Positions 8,425 to 18,720 of a DNA stretch of 64,000 nt are shown here, one piece after another. The stretch's first letter is position 1. Each line of letters opens with the position of its first letter. The notes under the pieces are model-generated. The model saw nothing but the letters and a program-made list of their open reading frames with translations, did no database searches and was not told where the DNA came from. Both the position numbers and the translations under genes were made by a program. Source of the stretch: Terracidiphilus sp. (GTDB taxonomy: Bacteria; Acidobacteriota; Terriglobia; Terriglobales; Acidobacteriaceae); contig DASXHC010000031.1 in the NCBI GenBank assembly GCA_036488735.1, positions 27,479-91,478 of the forward strand, in the 5' to 3' direction.

Positions 8425-10630
8425 GGCACAAGCGCCGGTACCTCTCACGGTTACGGTTGAGGACGGTGCGGGGGCAGCAGTCTCTGCCGCTACCGTGAAG
8501 CAGGCTTCCGGCGAATTGCTGGGACGTACGGATTCCAGCGGACGTCTTACGGTAGAGTGCCATCCCCCTTGCCAGCTTCGCATCGACGCTCAGGGATTCA
8601 AGGGCAAGGATGTCGAGATCAGCGCCAACACTACCGTTCAACTGGAACCTGCCGGGGCTGCGGAGATGGTCACGGTGACGGCCTATCGCGAACCGCTGGG
8701 CGAGCTGGAGAGCCCCGTGACCACTCGTACCTTGTCTGAGACCGCGCTCGAAACCTCAGCATCCATCTCGATGGACGGGCAGGTACGGCAAATCCCAGGG
8801 GTAGAGCTGTTTCGCCGTTCTAGTTCGCTGGTGGCCAACCCTTCTTCGCAGGGAATCAGCCTGCGCGGGCTGGGGTCAACCTCCGCAAGCCGCACCCTGG
8901 TCACCATGGACGATGTGCCGCTCAATGACCCCCTGGGCGGATGGATTCACTGGGAAGAACAACCCGAGCAAGCCGTAAAAAGCATTGACGTGGTCCGGGG
9001 CGGGGCCAGCGATCTTTATGGTTCGAGCGCCATCGGTGGGGTGGTGAATGTTGGGCTGGCGCGGCCTTCTGCGAACCTGGCTGAGCTGCGGTCGAGCTAT
9101 GGCATGCTGGGCACCTACGACGACAGCCTGCAATTGCAAACTGCCCACGGGCCGTGGGGAGCCCTGATCACCGGTGGAGCACTGGGCACCGACGGCTACA
9201 TCCAGGAGGCGCCGTGGCAACGGGGCCCCGTGGACACGGTATCCAATGTGCACGCGCAGAATGGATTGCTGCTACTGGAGCATCGGGCGGGGCCTTTGCG
9301 GCTCTTCGTGCGCGGCAGCGGGTTTAATGAAGCACGCGCCAATGGCACTCCCTACCAGACCAATGGGACGCGCCTCTGGCGCTATGCAACCGGTGGCGAC
9401 TGGCAGGGCCCGCATGAAGGTTCATTGGCGTTGCGGCTGTATGGGGCGGCCGAGCATTTCCGCCAGACGTTCTCCAGCATCTCCAACCTGCCCAGTTTCG
9501 GAAATACCAGTTGCTCCTATCGATGCGGAGAGATCCCGTCGCGCTTCGTGCTCATCCCCGATAACGAGCTGGGCGCGGCGGCGCATTGGACCCAGCCGCT
9601 CGGTGCGGGCTTTCTGCTGCTTGCCGGTTCCGATGTCCGCGACGTGCGAGTGTGGGACCGGGAACAGACCTTTTCGGGCGCGGGTGCAATTACCAACCTC
9701 TCGGTGCACCAGCGCGATTCCGGCGCTTACGGCGAGTTGATGTGGATACGCGGCGGATGGACGGTAGCCGGATCAGGCCGCGTCGACTGGTTCCAGAACT
9801 ATGATCCGAGGCAGTTGCAGCTCATCAAGGGCCTATGGACGCCTACCGCGACGCAGCCTCCGCAGTTCGAGCAAACCGTTTTCGATCCGCGCCTTGGCAT
9901 ATCGCGCAAGCTATTCGAGCATTGGGCGCTCTCGGCTTCCGGCTTCCGCGCGTTTCGTGCACCGACCCCCAGCGAGTTGTACCGGTCCACCCAGGTCGGA
10001 AACCAGCTTACCAAGCCCAACGGATCGCTGAAGAGCGAGCGGGCGACAGGCTGGGAAGCGGGAGTCGCCAGCCAATGGCGATGGGGCACCGTGCGCACCA
10101 GCTACTTCCTCACCCAGATCAATCGGCCAATTGCTGCCGTCACGGTCAACCCAACTTCTTCGCCGATCCTGCTGCTACGTGAGAATCTCGGCCAGATCGA
10201 AAGCCGCGGTGTGTCCGTGGACTTTGAAGTTGCGCCACAGCCCTGGCTGGCTCTCGATGGCGGCTATCAATACGCGCATGCCACCGTGACGCGCGGCGCG
10301 CAGGACCTCGGCAACTGGATCCCCGAGGTGGCCCGCAACATGGCCACACTGAATCTGCGCGCTTTCAAGCCGCGCATGGGAACTCTCAGCCTGCAGAGCC
10401 GCTTGAGCGGCCATCAATTCGATGACGACGCCAACGCTTCCCTGCTACACGGCTATTTCCGCCTCGATGCCTATGCGTCGCATGATTTCGGATCACGGCT
10501 GGAACTCTTCGCTGCCGGAGAGAATCTCTTTGACCGCGACATCGAAGTGGCCAAGACTCCTACCACCACGCTGGCCATGCGCCGCGTCGCGCGCATCGGC
10601 TTCCAGGTGAAGCTGGGCGGCGCTCGCTAA
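8351..10630 (+). CDS. TonB-dependent outer-membrane receptor with N-terminal carboxypeptidase-regulatory-like domain
   Basis: Signal peptide, then LTVTVEDGAGAAV...GRTDSSGRLTV (CarboxypepD_reg-like), then a plug region (RGLGSTSASRTLVTMDDVPLNDPLGG), then a long beta-barrel. 759 aa. Confidence 0.85.
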   Translation: MLSFLSKAMFGVLAVSGMLVPAKLRAQAPVPLTVTVEDGAGAAVSAATVKQASGELLGRTDSSGRLTVECHPPCQLRIDAQGFKGKDVEISANTTVQLEPAGAAEMVTVTAYREPLGELESPVTTRTLSETALETSASISMDGQVRQIPGVELFRRSSSLVANPSSQGISLRGLGSTSASRTLVTMDDVPLNDPLGGWIHWEEQPEQAVKSIDVVRGGASDLYGSSAIGGVVNVGLARPSANLAELRSSYGMLGTYDDSLQLQTAHGPWGALITGGALGTDGYIQEAPWQRGPVDTVSNVHAQNGLLLLEHRAGPLRLFVRGSGFNEARANGTPYQTNGTRLWRYATGGDWQGPHEGSLALRLYGAAEHFRQTFSSISNLPSFGNTSCSYRCGEIPSRFVLIPDNELGAAAHWTQPLGAGFLLLAGSDVRDVRVWDREQTFSGAGAITNLSVHQRDSGAYGELMWIRGGWTVAGSGRVDWFQNYDPRQLQLIKGLWTPTATQPPQFEQTVFDPRLGISRKLFEHWALSASGFRAFRAPTPSELYRSTQVGNQLTKPNGSLKSERATGWEAGVASQWRWGTVRTSYFLTQINRPIAAVTVNPTSSPILLLRENLGQIESRGVSVDFEVAPQPWLALDGGYQYAHATVTRGAQDLGNWIPEVARNMATLNLRAFKPRMGTLSLQSRLSGHQFDDDANASLLHGYFRLDAYASHDFGSRLELFAAGENLFDRDIEVAKTPTTTLAMRRVARIGFQVKLGGAR

Positions 10631-10661
10631 TCTCGTCGACTCGACTCGCTACAATCGAAGT

Positions 10662-11819
10662 GTGGGGCTCAACTTCAATTTGATCGAAACCACTGCCGCG
10701 GGAGGACGCCGCGCGCAAATCGAGCTGCCTCATCAGGTGGTGCAGACGCCGGTATTCATGCCGGTGGGCACAGCGGGCTCGGTCAAAGCTGTCGCGCAGG
10801 ATGTGATCGAGTCGCTGGACGCGCAGATCATTCTCGGCAATACCTACCATCTCTACCTGCGGCCCGGGCATGAAGCGATCAGGCGCATGGGCGGATTGCA
10901 TCGATTTATCAGTTGGCCGCGCGCCATGTTGACCGACTCGGGCGGCTTTCAGGTTTTCAGCCTGAGTGCGCTGCGCAAGGTGAGCGATGAGGGCGTGCGC
11001 TTCCGTTCGCATCTCGACGGCAGCAGCCACTTTTTCACTCCTGAACATTCCATGGATGTACAGATCGCCCTCGGCGCCGACATCACTATGGCCTTCGACG
11101 AGTGCACCGAATACCCGGCTGAGCGCAGCCGTGCGGAAGAAAGCCTGCGGCTCACCATGGCGTGGGCGCGCCGATCGCTCGACCACTTTCGTGCGCACCG
11201 CGACGAAGTGGCGTGGCGCGAGGAATTGGGCGGCCGCACGCAAAGCTTGTTCGGTATCGTGCAAGGCGGCATGTACACCGACTTGCGCAAGGAGAGCGCT
11301 GAACGCCTGGTGGAGATGGACTTTGACGGCTACGCCATCGGGGGCCTGAGCGTCGGCGAGCCGCGCGAGCTGACACTGGAAATGATCGCCGAAGTGCTGC
11401 CGCTGTTGCCCGCCGATAAGCCACGCTACGTGATGGGCGTCGGCTATCCTGACGAGATCGAGAATTATGCGCGCATCGGCGTGGACATGATGGATTGCGT
11501 CCTGCCTACGCGCGCGGCACGGCACGGCCTTTTGTTCACGAGCGAGGGCCGGCTCAACATCAAGAACAAGCGCTATGCGGAGGACCAGGGTCCTCCGGAT
11601 CCGGCCTGCGATTGCATGGTCTGCCGGCGTTACTCGCGCGCGTATCTGCGCCACCTGATGCAGGCGGGAGAAGCCTTGTCAGGCACGTTGAACACCATTC
11701 ACAATCTGGCTTACTATCTCGGCATCATGCGGCGCGTGCGGGCCGAGCTTCAGTCTGGCGGGGTCGCGCCTTCGTCCCATACAGCCGAGATGGCCGAAAC
11801 CACCGAAGATCGTCGATGA
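10662..11819 (+). CDS. tgt: tRNA-guanine transglycosylase (queuine tRNA-ribosyltransferase)
   Basis: TPVFMPVGTAGSVK, LGNTYHL, DSGGFQV and the Zn site CDCMVCRRYSRAYLRHL. GTG start. Confidence 0.95.
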   Translation: MGLNFNLIETTAAGGRRAQIELPHQVVQTPVFMPVGTAGSVKAVAQDVIESLDAQIILGNTYHLYLRPGHEAIRRMGGLHRFISWPRAMLTDSGGFQVFSLSALRKVSDEGVRFRSHLDGSSHFFTPEHSMDVQIALGADITMAFDECTEYPAERSRAEESLRLTMAWARRSLDHFRAHRDEVAWREELGGRTQSLFGIVQGGMYTDLRKESAERLVEMDFDGYAIGGLSVGEPRELTLEMIAEVLPLLPADKPRYVMGVGYPDEIENYARIGVDMMDCVLPTRAARHGLLFTSEGRLNIKNKRYAEDQGPPDPACDCMVCRRYSRAYLRHLMQAGEALSGTLNTIHNLAYYLGIMRRVRAELQSGGVAPSSHTAEMAETTEDRR

Positions 11820-13920
11820 CGCGCTCGAGCACCCCGGCCCAGCCGCCCGGCAGGCCCTGGCGCATGAGCCTCGCGGTGGGGTACCACGGGGTCGTGTCGG
11901 TGCCTTCCATCCAGCGCCAGTCGGCAAGACAGGGCAGCAGGATCCATACCGGCTTGCCCATGGCTCCCGCCAGATGAGCAATGCATGTATCGGTGGTGAT
12001 GACTAGGTCGAGCGAAGCAATCAAGGCTGCCGCGTCGGCTAGATCGCGGTCGCTGCTCGCGCCATCCCAGACATGAATATCGACAGGCAGAGAGGACAGC
12101 TGCGCCGCCGCCTCGCCTCTTTGCAGAGAAATCCATTCGATACCGGCGGTCCGCAGGAGCGGCAGAAGCGTTTCGAGCTTTGTAGATCGATGTTGGTCGG
12201 CCTTGTAACGTGGATTGCCCGCCCAGGAGATCCCGATCCGCAGGTCGGCATCCCGGCCGCGCAACATAGGAATCTGAGCGCACTTCTCCTCGACCAGTGC
12301 GCGTTCGGCGCCGAGATATGCCCCCCGCCAGGGTACCGTTTCGATGGTAGTGCCAAAAACGGCCGGTAAGCTCATCAGCGGGCACTCCACATCGAAGGAC
12401 GGCAGCGGGTCTCCCAGAAGGGCGATCTCGGCTTGTCCCGCATGCACGATGGGAAGCGACCGCAGCAGACGCGCAAGCGGTGATTGTACCTGCAGAACGG
12501 GGATGCCCCCCCGGGCAGCCACCTGGGTGGCAAAGCGGCAAAACTGGATGGTGTCGCCCAGGCCCTGTTCCGCGTGCAGCAGGACCCGGCGCCGATTGAG
12601 CTGTTCCCCCTGCCAGCGGGGCTTGTCGAACTCGCGCGGCCGGCGGTGGACTTCGCGGAAGTTCCAGCGCGCTTCGTATGCCTGCCAACCGTTTCTCCAG
12701 TGCCCCAGGCGCAACTGGGTCAGGGCGAGGTTATAGCGAGTGCCGGGATTGAGGGGATCGCGCGCCACGGCCGCCTCGTGCGCCTTAAGAGCGTCAGAGT
12801 GACGGCCCGCGTCGAGAAGCGCATTGCCGCGATTCGAAGCGGCAGGCAGGCTGCCGAGGGCTTCGGCCCGCTCAAAGGCGGCCACGGCTTCATCAAAGAA
12901 ACCTCGCGCGTGAAGCAGGATGCCATGCATATTTGCGGCCTCATCGTTCTCCGGATTTCGCGCCAGGGCCCAGCGCAGCCATGCCCAGGCGCCTGCCATG
13001 TCGCGCTCGGCCGCGCGAAACTGGCACCACGCGACCTGCGTTTCCACTTGTTCGGGATTCAACTCGAATGCACGGCGCAGGCACGCTTCGGCGCGATCGG
13101 GATGGCGCCGTTCGCGTTCCAGCAGGCCCAGGTTGATCCACGCGGCAGTCATGTCCGGCCGCAATTGGGTGGCGCGTCGAAGTGCGGCCTCTGCATAGAA
13201 GTCCTGGCCCTGTTCGCGCAGCAGCGAACCAAGGTTCATCCAGGCGTCTGCAAAATCGGGGCGCAGCGTGAGGGCGCGGCGATAGCGCGTCTCGGCCTCT
13301 TTGGGCCGTCCCAGGCGGGTCAGGGCAAACCCCGCGGCAAACTCCGCTTCCGCGAGCCGCGGGCACAGTTCCAATGCCCGTTCATAGTGGCTCAGCGCGT
13401 CAGCAAAGCGAGACAGCAGGCCCAGCGCGTACCCCTTCCCAAGATGTGCAGCTACAAGCGTCGGGTCGCTCTGTAACGCCAGGTCAAATGCGCAGATCGC
13501 GTCCGCAGGCCGTCCGGATGCGATCAACAGCTCGCCCACTCCCATGCGAGCCAGAGGATTGACACCCTTGAGAGAGATAGCTTTTTGATAGGCCGCTTCC
13601 GCCTCTGAAAAGCGTTCGGCGGCTTTGAGCGCCTGGCCGAGCGCCACCCAGGCCACATTGGCCTCCGGAGCGGAACGGACGGCCGCCGCGGCCATTTGTA
13701 TGCCTGCTTCCGTCTGCCGGCTCGCCAGGGCCACCAGGCTCATGCCGATGAGAGCTTCCGTGTCGCCAGGGTTCTGAGCCAGTCTTCGCTGATAACCCAG
13801 CCCGACTTCAGAGAGCCGCCCCAGCAGCGAATCACCCGAACAACCCTGGCGGCCCTCACCAGTCAACGCGTCGCAGTTCACAAACAGTGTCCCCACGGAT
13901 CGAGCAGTCTGCTCCCCCAC
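11725..13920 (-). CDS. TPR-repeat protein with C-terminal glycosyltransferase-family-9-like domain
   Basis: The N-terminal two thirds are TPR repeats (AWVALGQALKAAERFSEAEAAYQKAI and similar). The C-terminal section GLGDTIQFCRF...ISWAGNP...LVITTDTCIAHLAGAMGKPVWILL is heptosyltransferase-like. GTG start; the start position is uncertain. Confidence 0.8.
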   Translation of the reverse strand: MGEQTARSVGTLFVNCDALTGEGRQGCSGDSLLGRLSEVGLGYQRRLAQNPGDTEALIGMSLVALASRQTEAGIQMAAAAVRSAPEANVAWVALGQALKAAERFSEAEAAYQKAISLKGVNPLARMGVGELLIASGRPADAICAFDLALQSDPTLVAAHLGKGYALGLLSRFADALSHYERALELCPRLAEAEFAAGFALTRLGRPKEAETRYRRALTLRPDFADAWMNLGSLLREQGQDFYAEAALRRATQLRPDMTAAWINLGLLERERRHPDRAEACLRRAFELNPEQVETQVAWCQFRAAERDMAGAWAWLRWALARNPENDEAANMHGILLHARGFFDEAVAAFERAEALGSLPAASNRGNALLDAGRHSDALKAHEAAVARDPLNPGTRYNLALTQLRLGHWRNGWQAYEARWNFREVHRRPREFDKPRWQGEQLNRRRVLLHAEQGLGDTIQFCRFATQVAARGGIPVLQVQSPLARLLRSLPIVHAGQAEIALLGDPLPSFDVECPLMSLPAVFGTTIETVPWRGAYLGAERALVEEKCAQIPMLRGRDADLRIGISWAGNPRYKADQHRSTKLETLLPLLRTAGIEWISLQRGEAAAQLSSLPVDIHVWDGASSDRDLADAAALIASLDLVITTDTCIAHLAGAMGKPVWILLPCLADWRWMEGTDTTPWYPTARLMRQGLPGGWAGVLERVIDDLRWFRPSRLYGTKARPRQTEARPARAA

Positions 13921-14080
13921 TGATTCACTCGAACTTAAAATGCAGGGCCCTCCCTATTCCATCGCTAAACGTGCGGAATCAACGAATGCGGCCGGCGAAT
14001 TCCCGTTACTGGATCAAGTGCTGATTCGGGAAAGCACTGCCGCATTTAGACTGACCTGTGTCTTTATCAGGAGCCATCGC

Positions 14081-14638
14081 ATGACAACTGTACCGACTCC
14101 CGCCCGCGTTCCCCTTGCCGAACGCAACCAGGTTCCCGTCGAGGTCGCCATTCTCTACGACAAGCTGTTGGCCGATCGCGGCGTAGTACCCAACATGTTC
14201 AAGGCGCTGTCCAACGTGCCGGATCTGGTGCTGGGAATCGCCGCGCTGCTGAAGGGCCTCATGGGCGAGGGTGCGCTCCGCGGCTGGTACAAAGAGCTGA
14301 TCGCCACCCGCGTTGCCTCTCTCAACAACTGCGAGTACTGCATCAGCGCACATCGCTATCTGGCTTCGCAGCGGGGAGCCACGCCGCAACAGGTCGATAG
14401 CTACGACGCCTATGAAAGCGGCCCGTTCAGCGAAAGGGAAAAGGCTGGTTTCCGTTTTGCCGACCTGCTGCACGTCTCAGGCCACGCGGTAGACGATGCG
14501 GCCTTCGCCGCGGTCAGCGCGCACTTCAATTCCCCGGAAATCATCGAACTCACCGCGGTAGCAGCGGCCTTCGAGTTCTTCCCCCGCATCAACACCGCGC
14601 TGCACATTCCGGTGACGCCGCTGCCGGTGAACAAATAA
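14081..14638 (+). CDS. carboxymuconolactone decarboxylase (AhpD-like) family protein
   Basis: ATG at 14081 is preceded by CAGGAG. The CEYCISAH motif (CxxC + His) is typical of the AhpD/CMD fold. Confidence 0.85.
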   Translation: MTTVPTPARVPLAERNQVPVEVAILYDKLLADRGVVPNMFKALSNVPDLVLGIAALLKGLMGEGALRGWYKELIATRVASLNNCEYCISAHRYLASQRGATPQQVDSYDAYESGPFSEREKAGFRFADLLHVSGHAVDDAAFAAVSAHFNSPEIIELTAVAAAFEFFPRINTALHIPVTPLPVNK

Positions 14639-14675
14639 GACATCCGCCACGAAGCGTTGAATCGTGCTCTGGCGC

Positions 14676-15764
14676 TTACCTGGCCAGTTGCTTCACGAAG
14701 AAGTCGGCCATCATCTGGTTGGCTTCGATGGCTTCGGGCAGGCGCGGGTCGTACCAGAACGCATGCGGCAGGGCGTCGAAGACCACCAGCCGCGCGTCCA
14801 CGCCGGCATGCAGATAAGCGCGATGCAGGTTGACGGTTCCGCTCAACAGGAGGTCGCGGCCGCTGGTAATGAACAAGGTCGGCGGCAGGCCGTGCAGGTC
14901 GGCATTGATCGGCGAAAGCACCGGATCCTTGGCATCGGTCGACGCCGCATACGCCAGATCATGAGTTCCGGGCTCAGGTGGATCGAGGTGTCCCGCAAGC
15001 CCGCGCAGCGCATACATGGCGATGGAGTCTCCGGGATGCGCAAAGTCGCCCATGCCGCTGAAGATGCCCAGCGCCGCGGGCTGCGGCAACCCGAGTTGCT
15101 TAAGCTTAACTGCCACTTCGGCGGTAAGAATGGCGCCGGCTGAGGTGCCGTAAATCACAATGTGGTCCGGCTTGTAGGTCTTCAGCAGTTCCTTGTAAAC
15201 CGCCACGGAATCATCGACAGCGGCAGGAAACGGATGCTCCGGAGCAAGCCGGTAGAGAACCGCGACCACCTTGATCTTGCTGTAACTGGCGATGGGAATC
15301 GACTCGGTATACGAGCCGGAATCGGAATTGAAACCGCCGCCGTGCAGGTTCAGCAAAACCTTGTCGCGGTTGGCTTCGGGCATGCCGTCCGGGGTGACGA
15401 TGTGCACCGGCACCCCGGCCATCTTGTCGTCCACCAGTTGATTGGGGCAGAGCCGCGTCCACGCCACCCGCGCCCGCGCCGTATACGCGTCCGTCTTCTG
15501 GCGCCGTTCTTCCAGCGGTTCAGGCGGCCCCTGATCGGGCTCGCCATGGCCGAGCGCCAGTTGCGCCTGCGAACTGATGTCATCCGGAACCGGAACCACG
15601 CGCGTGACATGCGCCGTGCCCTTCTCGTCAATGTAGCTGGTGTCGCTTTGGGGCGCTTCAGCCGCCGTGGTCGGTTTGGGCGAAGGCTTGTCCGCCGGCT
15701 TTTGCGCAGCAAGGGAAACAGAAACCGCGAGAAACAGGGCGACGGCCTGAGAAATTGGGCGCAT
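14676..15764 (-). CDS. exported alpha/beta hydrolase (hormone-sensitive-lipase-like esterase family)
   Basis: Signal peptide, the HGGGF oxyanion motif and the nucleophile elbow GTSAGA. 362 aa. Confidence 0.85.
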   Translation of the reverse strand: MRPISQAVALFLAVSVSLAAQKPADKPSPKPTTAAEAPQSDTSYIDEKGTAHVTRVVPVPDDISSQAQLALGHGEPDQGPPEPLEERRQKTDAYTARARVAWTRLCPNQLVDDKMAGVPVHIVTPDGMPEANRDKVLLNLHGGGFNSDSGSYTESIPIASYSKIKVVAVLYRLAPEHPFPAAVDDSVAVYKELLKTYKPDHIVIYGTSAGAILTAEVAVKLKQLGLPQPAALGIFSGMGDFAHPGDSIAMYALRGLAGHLDPPEPGTHDLAYAASTDAKDPVLSPINADLHGLPPTLFITSGRDLLLSGTVNLHRAYLHAGVDARLVVFDALPHAFWYDPRLPEAIEANQMMADFFVKQLAR

Positions 15765-15901
15765 GAAAGGCTCCTCAACAAGGCAAAACGATTTTAGCGC
15801 GGCCAGGGCATCCCACCTGTCATTTGGGAAAGCGCGTGTCCCTGGACGCCGCCACTTTCCTGCTGCCGGAAGACCGCTCGCTGCGGTACATTGAAGTTCC
15901 T

Positions 15902-17377
15902 ATGACCACTCTCACCACGACCGAAATTCGCAACTTCATCGGCGGCCGATGGGTCGCCCCGACCAGCGATGCAGGCCTCGAACTCACCAATCCGGCCACC
16001 GGCGAACCGCTGGGCCGCTCACCGGAAGGATCGGCCGTCGAGGTGGACGCCGCGGTGCAGGCCGCCCAGGCTGCATTTCCTGCGTGGCGAACCACTCCTG
16101 CGGTTGACCGCGTGCAGTTTTTGTTCAAGCTCAAGGCCATCCTCGAAGACCATCTGGATGAGCTGGCCGCGCTGATCACCACCGAGAACGGCAAGACCCT
16201 GGGCGAATCGAAAGGCGAGTTGCGGCGCGGAATCGAAAATGTCGAAGTGGCGTGCGGGATCCCGGTGCTGATGCAGGGCTACTCCATGGAGGACGTGGCC
16301 CCCGGCATCGACGAAATCATGGTGCGGCAGCCGCTGGGCGTGGCTGCCGTCATCACCCCCTTCAATTTCCCCCTCATGATTCCGCTCTGGTTTCTGCCTT
16401 ATGCCATTGCCACGGGGAACACCGTGGTGCTGAAGCCCAGCGACCGCGTGCCCTTCAGCGCGGCGCGCCTGGTGGAATTGATACACCAGACCGGCCTGCC
16501 TGCGGGCGTAGTCAACCTGGTCAACGGCGGCAAACAAGCAGTCGATGCGCTGCTCGATCATCCCTTGGTCCGGGCTGTGAGCTTTGTAGGATCTACGCCG
16601 GTGGCCAAATATGTATATGCGCGCGGATCGGCGAGCGGCAAGCGCGTGCAATGCCAGGGTGGCGCCAAGAATCACGTCGTGGTATTACCCGATGCCGATC
16701 GGGAGACGACCACACGGATCGTTGCCGACTCCGCCTTCGGATGTGCCGGCCAGCGTTGTCTCGCCGTCAGCGTTACGGTCACCGTCGGCGAAGCGAAGGA
16801 TTGGTTTGGCGAATCGATCGCCGCGGCCGCGACCGGTTTGAAAGTCGGCAACGGACTTGATTCGGCCACGCAAATGGGCCCTGTCATCACGCGCGCCAGC
16901 CGCGAACGAGTTCTTTCGTTGATCGGCCAGGGAGCTGACCAGGGCGCCAAACCGATTGTTGACGGTCGCGGCATTCAGGCTGCCGGCGGTTCGTTCGTCG
17001 GCCCCACCGTGCTCGATGGATTACCCGCTTCAAGTCCCCTCATGGAAACCGAGATCTTCGGCCCCGTTCTCTCCGTCGTGCATGCCAACACGGTGGAAGA
17101 AGCCATCGAGATGATTGAAAAATCGACCTATGGGAATGCGAGTTCGATTTTCACTGCGTCGGGAGCGGCCGCGCGCAAATTCAGAAATACGGTTTCGACG
17201 GGGAACGTCGGCGTCAACATCGGCGTGCCCGCGCCTATGGCTTACTTTCCGTTCTCAGGATGGAAGGGCAGCTTCTTCGGCGTAATGCATGCGCAGGGGC
17301 GCGATGCCATCGAATTCTTCACGGACAAGAAGGTGATCGTGGAACGCTGGCCGCGTGAATGGACGCGCAAGTTCTAA
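15902..17377 (+). CDS. mmsA: CoA-acylating methylmalonate-semialdehyde dehydrogenase
   Basis: Aldehyde dehydrogenase fold (FNFPLMIPLW, GQRCLA catalytic Cys). The C-terminus PFSGWKGSFFG...FFTDKKVIVERW is typical of MmsA. I prefer the ATG at 15902 (MTTLTTTEIRNFIGG). Confidence 0.9.
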   Translation: MTTLTTTEIRNFIGGRWVAPTSDAGLELTNPATGEPLGRSPEGSAVEVDAAVQAAQAAFPAWRTTPAVDRVQFLFKLKAILEDHLDELAALITTENGKTLGESKGELRRGIENVEVACGIPVLMQGYSMEDVAPGIDEIMVRQPLGVAAVITPFNFPLMIPLWFLPYAIATGNTVVLKPSDRVPFSAARLVELIHQTGLPAGVVNLVNGGKQAVDALLDHPLVRAVSFVGSTPVAKYVYARGSASGKRVQCQGGAKNHVVVLPDADRETTTRIVADSAFGCAGQRCLAVSVTVTVGEAKDWFGESIAAAATGLKVGNGLDSATQMGPVITRASRERVLSLIGQGADQGAKPIVDGRGIQAAGGSFVGPTVLDGLPASSPLMETEIFGPVLSVVHANTVEEAIEMIEKSTYGNASSIFTASGAAARKFRNTVSTGNVGVNIGVPAPMAYFPFSGWKGSFFGVMHAQGRDAIEFFTDKKVIVERWPREWTRKF

Positions 17378-17509
17378 TCCACATCGTTGCGCATGGCGCC
17401 GCGTCTTCCAGGAGCGGCCGCCGGGAGATCCGATAGTCCGGACTCGCCGACGGTCGCAGCCTGTTTTTTCTGTTTTCACAACGCGAAGTCAGCTTATTTT
17501 TTCACCGCG

Positions 17510-18025
17510 TCACCGAGGTAGTAGCAGTAATCCGGCGTCGAGCAATAACTGTGTCAGCCGGTCAAGGGCCCGTGGAAATTTGTATGAAATAGTTCGAACC
17601 GCCATCCCCAACAATGCAGCAGCTTCCGCCTGGGTGTATTCCTGCAAGACAATGCGGCTCAGCATCTGCCGATCCAGGGCACCCAGTTTGTTGATGCACG
17701 TTTCCACGTCCAGCACAAAAATCACAGCATCTTCGAATGTGCGGACCGGCCTGCTCGAAACCCACCCTCTTCCCACCGAGTCACTCAGCACAGATGGTGC
17801 GCGGCCCACTTGCATCGATGCATACAAGTAGCGTCGCAACATGCTCTCGGTGTGCTTTCGGTAAAAGGCCAGGCTCGCATCCAACTCCGGTTGCGGAGCC
17901 GGATTGACCGCCTTGGACTGCTGCAGCGACCTTGATTTCCTCTTTTCTGTTGCGTTGAATTCAGCCCATACTGCCTTGCTGATTGCGGCTCCCCACACCA
18001 CCGGCAATTGAATCGCTGCGCTCAT
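17510..18025 (-). CDS. sigma-70 region-4-only (HTH) protein
   Basis: C-terminal LGALDRQMLSRIVLQEYTQAEAAALLGMAVRTISYKFPRALDRLTQLL looks like sigma region 4.1/4.2, and I see no recognisable region 2. The ATG at 18025 overlaps the stop of the upstream Zn-ribbon ORF (ATGA). Confidence 0.6.
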   Translation of the reverse strand: MSAAIQLPVVWGAAISKAVWAEFNATEKRKSRSLQQSKAVNPAPQPELDASLAFYRKHTESMLRRYLYASMQVGRAPSVLSDSVGRGWVSSRPVRTFEDAVIFVLDVETCINKLGALDRQMLSRIVLQEYTQAEAAALLGMAVRTISYKFPRALDRLTQLLLDAGLLLLPR

Positions 18026-18231
18026 TCGATTCCCCCTGCAGCTTCCGCCATTGCCCAAGCACTGACTAATGGTTTACGGACAGGACGTCCGCGCCTCTTG
18101 CGGCTCTGTGGGGACGGAAATTCCTTCAGTTTCGTCTCACAACGTTGGCAATAAACACTACCGTGATTCAAGGCGCGGTACCAGAGGCAGCCGCAGCCCT
18201 CGCAAATTTTTAATTGCACACGCAAATCCAT
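18022..18231 (-). CDS. small zinc-ribbon protein
   Basis: 69 aa with CEGCGC...(17 aa)...CQRC followed by a basic tail RKRRGRPVRK. Translationally coupled to the sigma-4-like gene. Confidence 0.5.
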   Translation of the reverse strand: MDLRVQLKICEGCGCLWYRALNHGSVYCQRCETKLKEFPSPQSRKRRGRPVRKPLVSAWAMAEAAGGIE

Positions 18232-18720
18232 GAAGCTTTCACCCTGCTTTCGTGATCTCCCAGCACTTTTTTTGCTCTGTTCTTGGCTGGGGCAGAAGGA
18301 CGCAGCCTTATTCTTGAGATTCTTTCGTTCTCTTGAAGAGTTGCGGCTGCCATCCCCGTTCTAAACATGTTTTAGCGCGCAGATCGTGGAATTCGCATGG
18401 ACTGTCCTGAGCGCCCTGCCGGGCACTTGGACAGGAATCCAGTGGTGCGGACGCTGGTCCGCGAGACGTTCACTTCGATAATGGGAGGCAAAGCAATTCC
18501 CCCGGCTCATCTGTGCAGAGATGACACGTTTCCCGATAGATTCCCACAAATCGATACGAGTAAGTGAAACCAATCTAGGAATTTGTATCTCCAGCGTCAA
18601 TGACTCCGAGCCGAAATCTACATCTCTGCTTTGCAATCCAGACGTAAACCTCGAAAATGGTGTGAAATACGCCAGAAGAGTTTGCTGTAAGAAACGGCGG
18701 GACAGCCGGGGTCATGGCTC

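Noticed and set aside
10560-11654. 364-aa minus-strand ORF
   Set aside because: It is antisense to tgt, with artefact composition.
13940-14080. N-terminal 47-codon extension of the AhpD-like ORF
   Set aside because: It has no RBS and a non-conserved look. The ATG at 14081 has CAGGAG upstream and gives a normal-length CMD-family protein.
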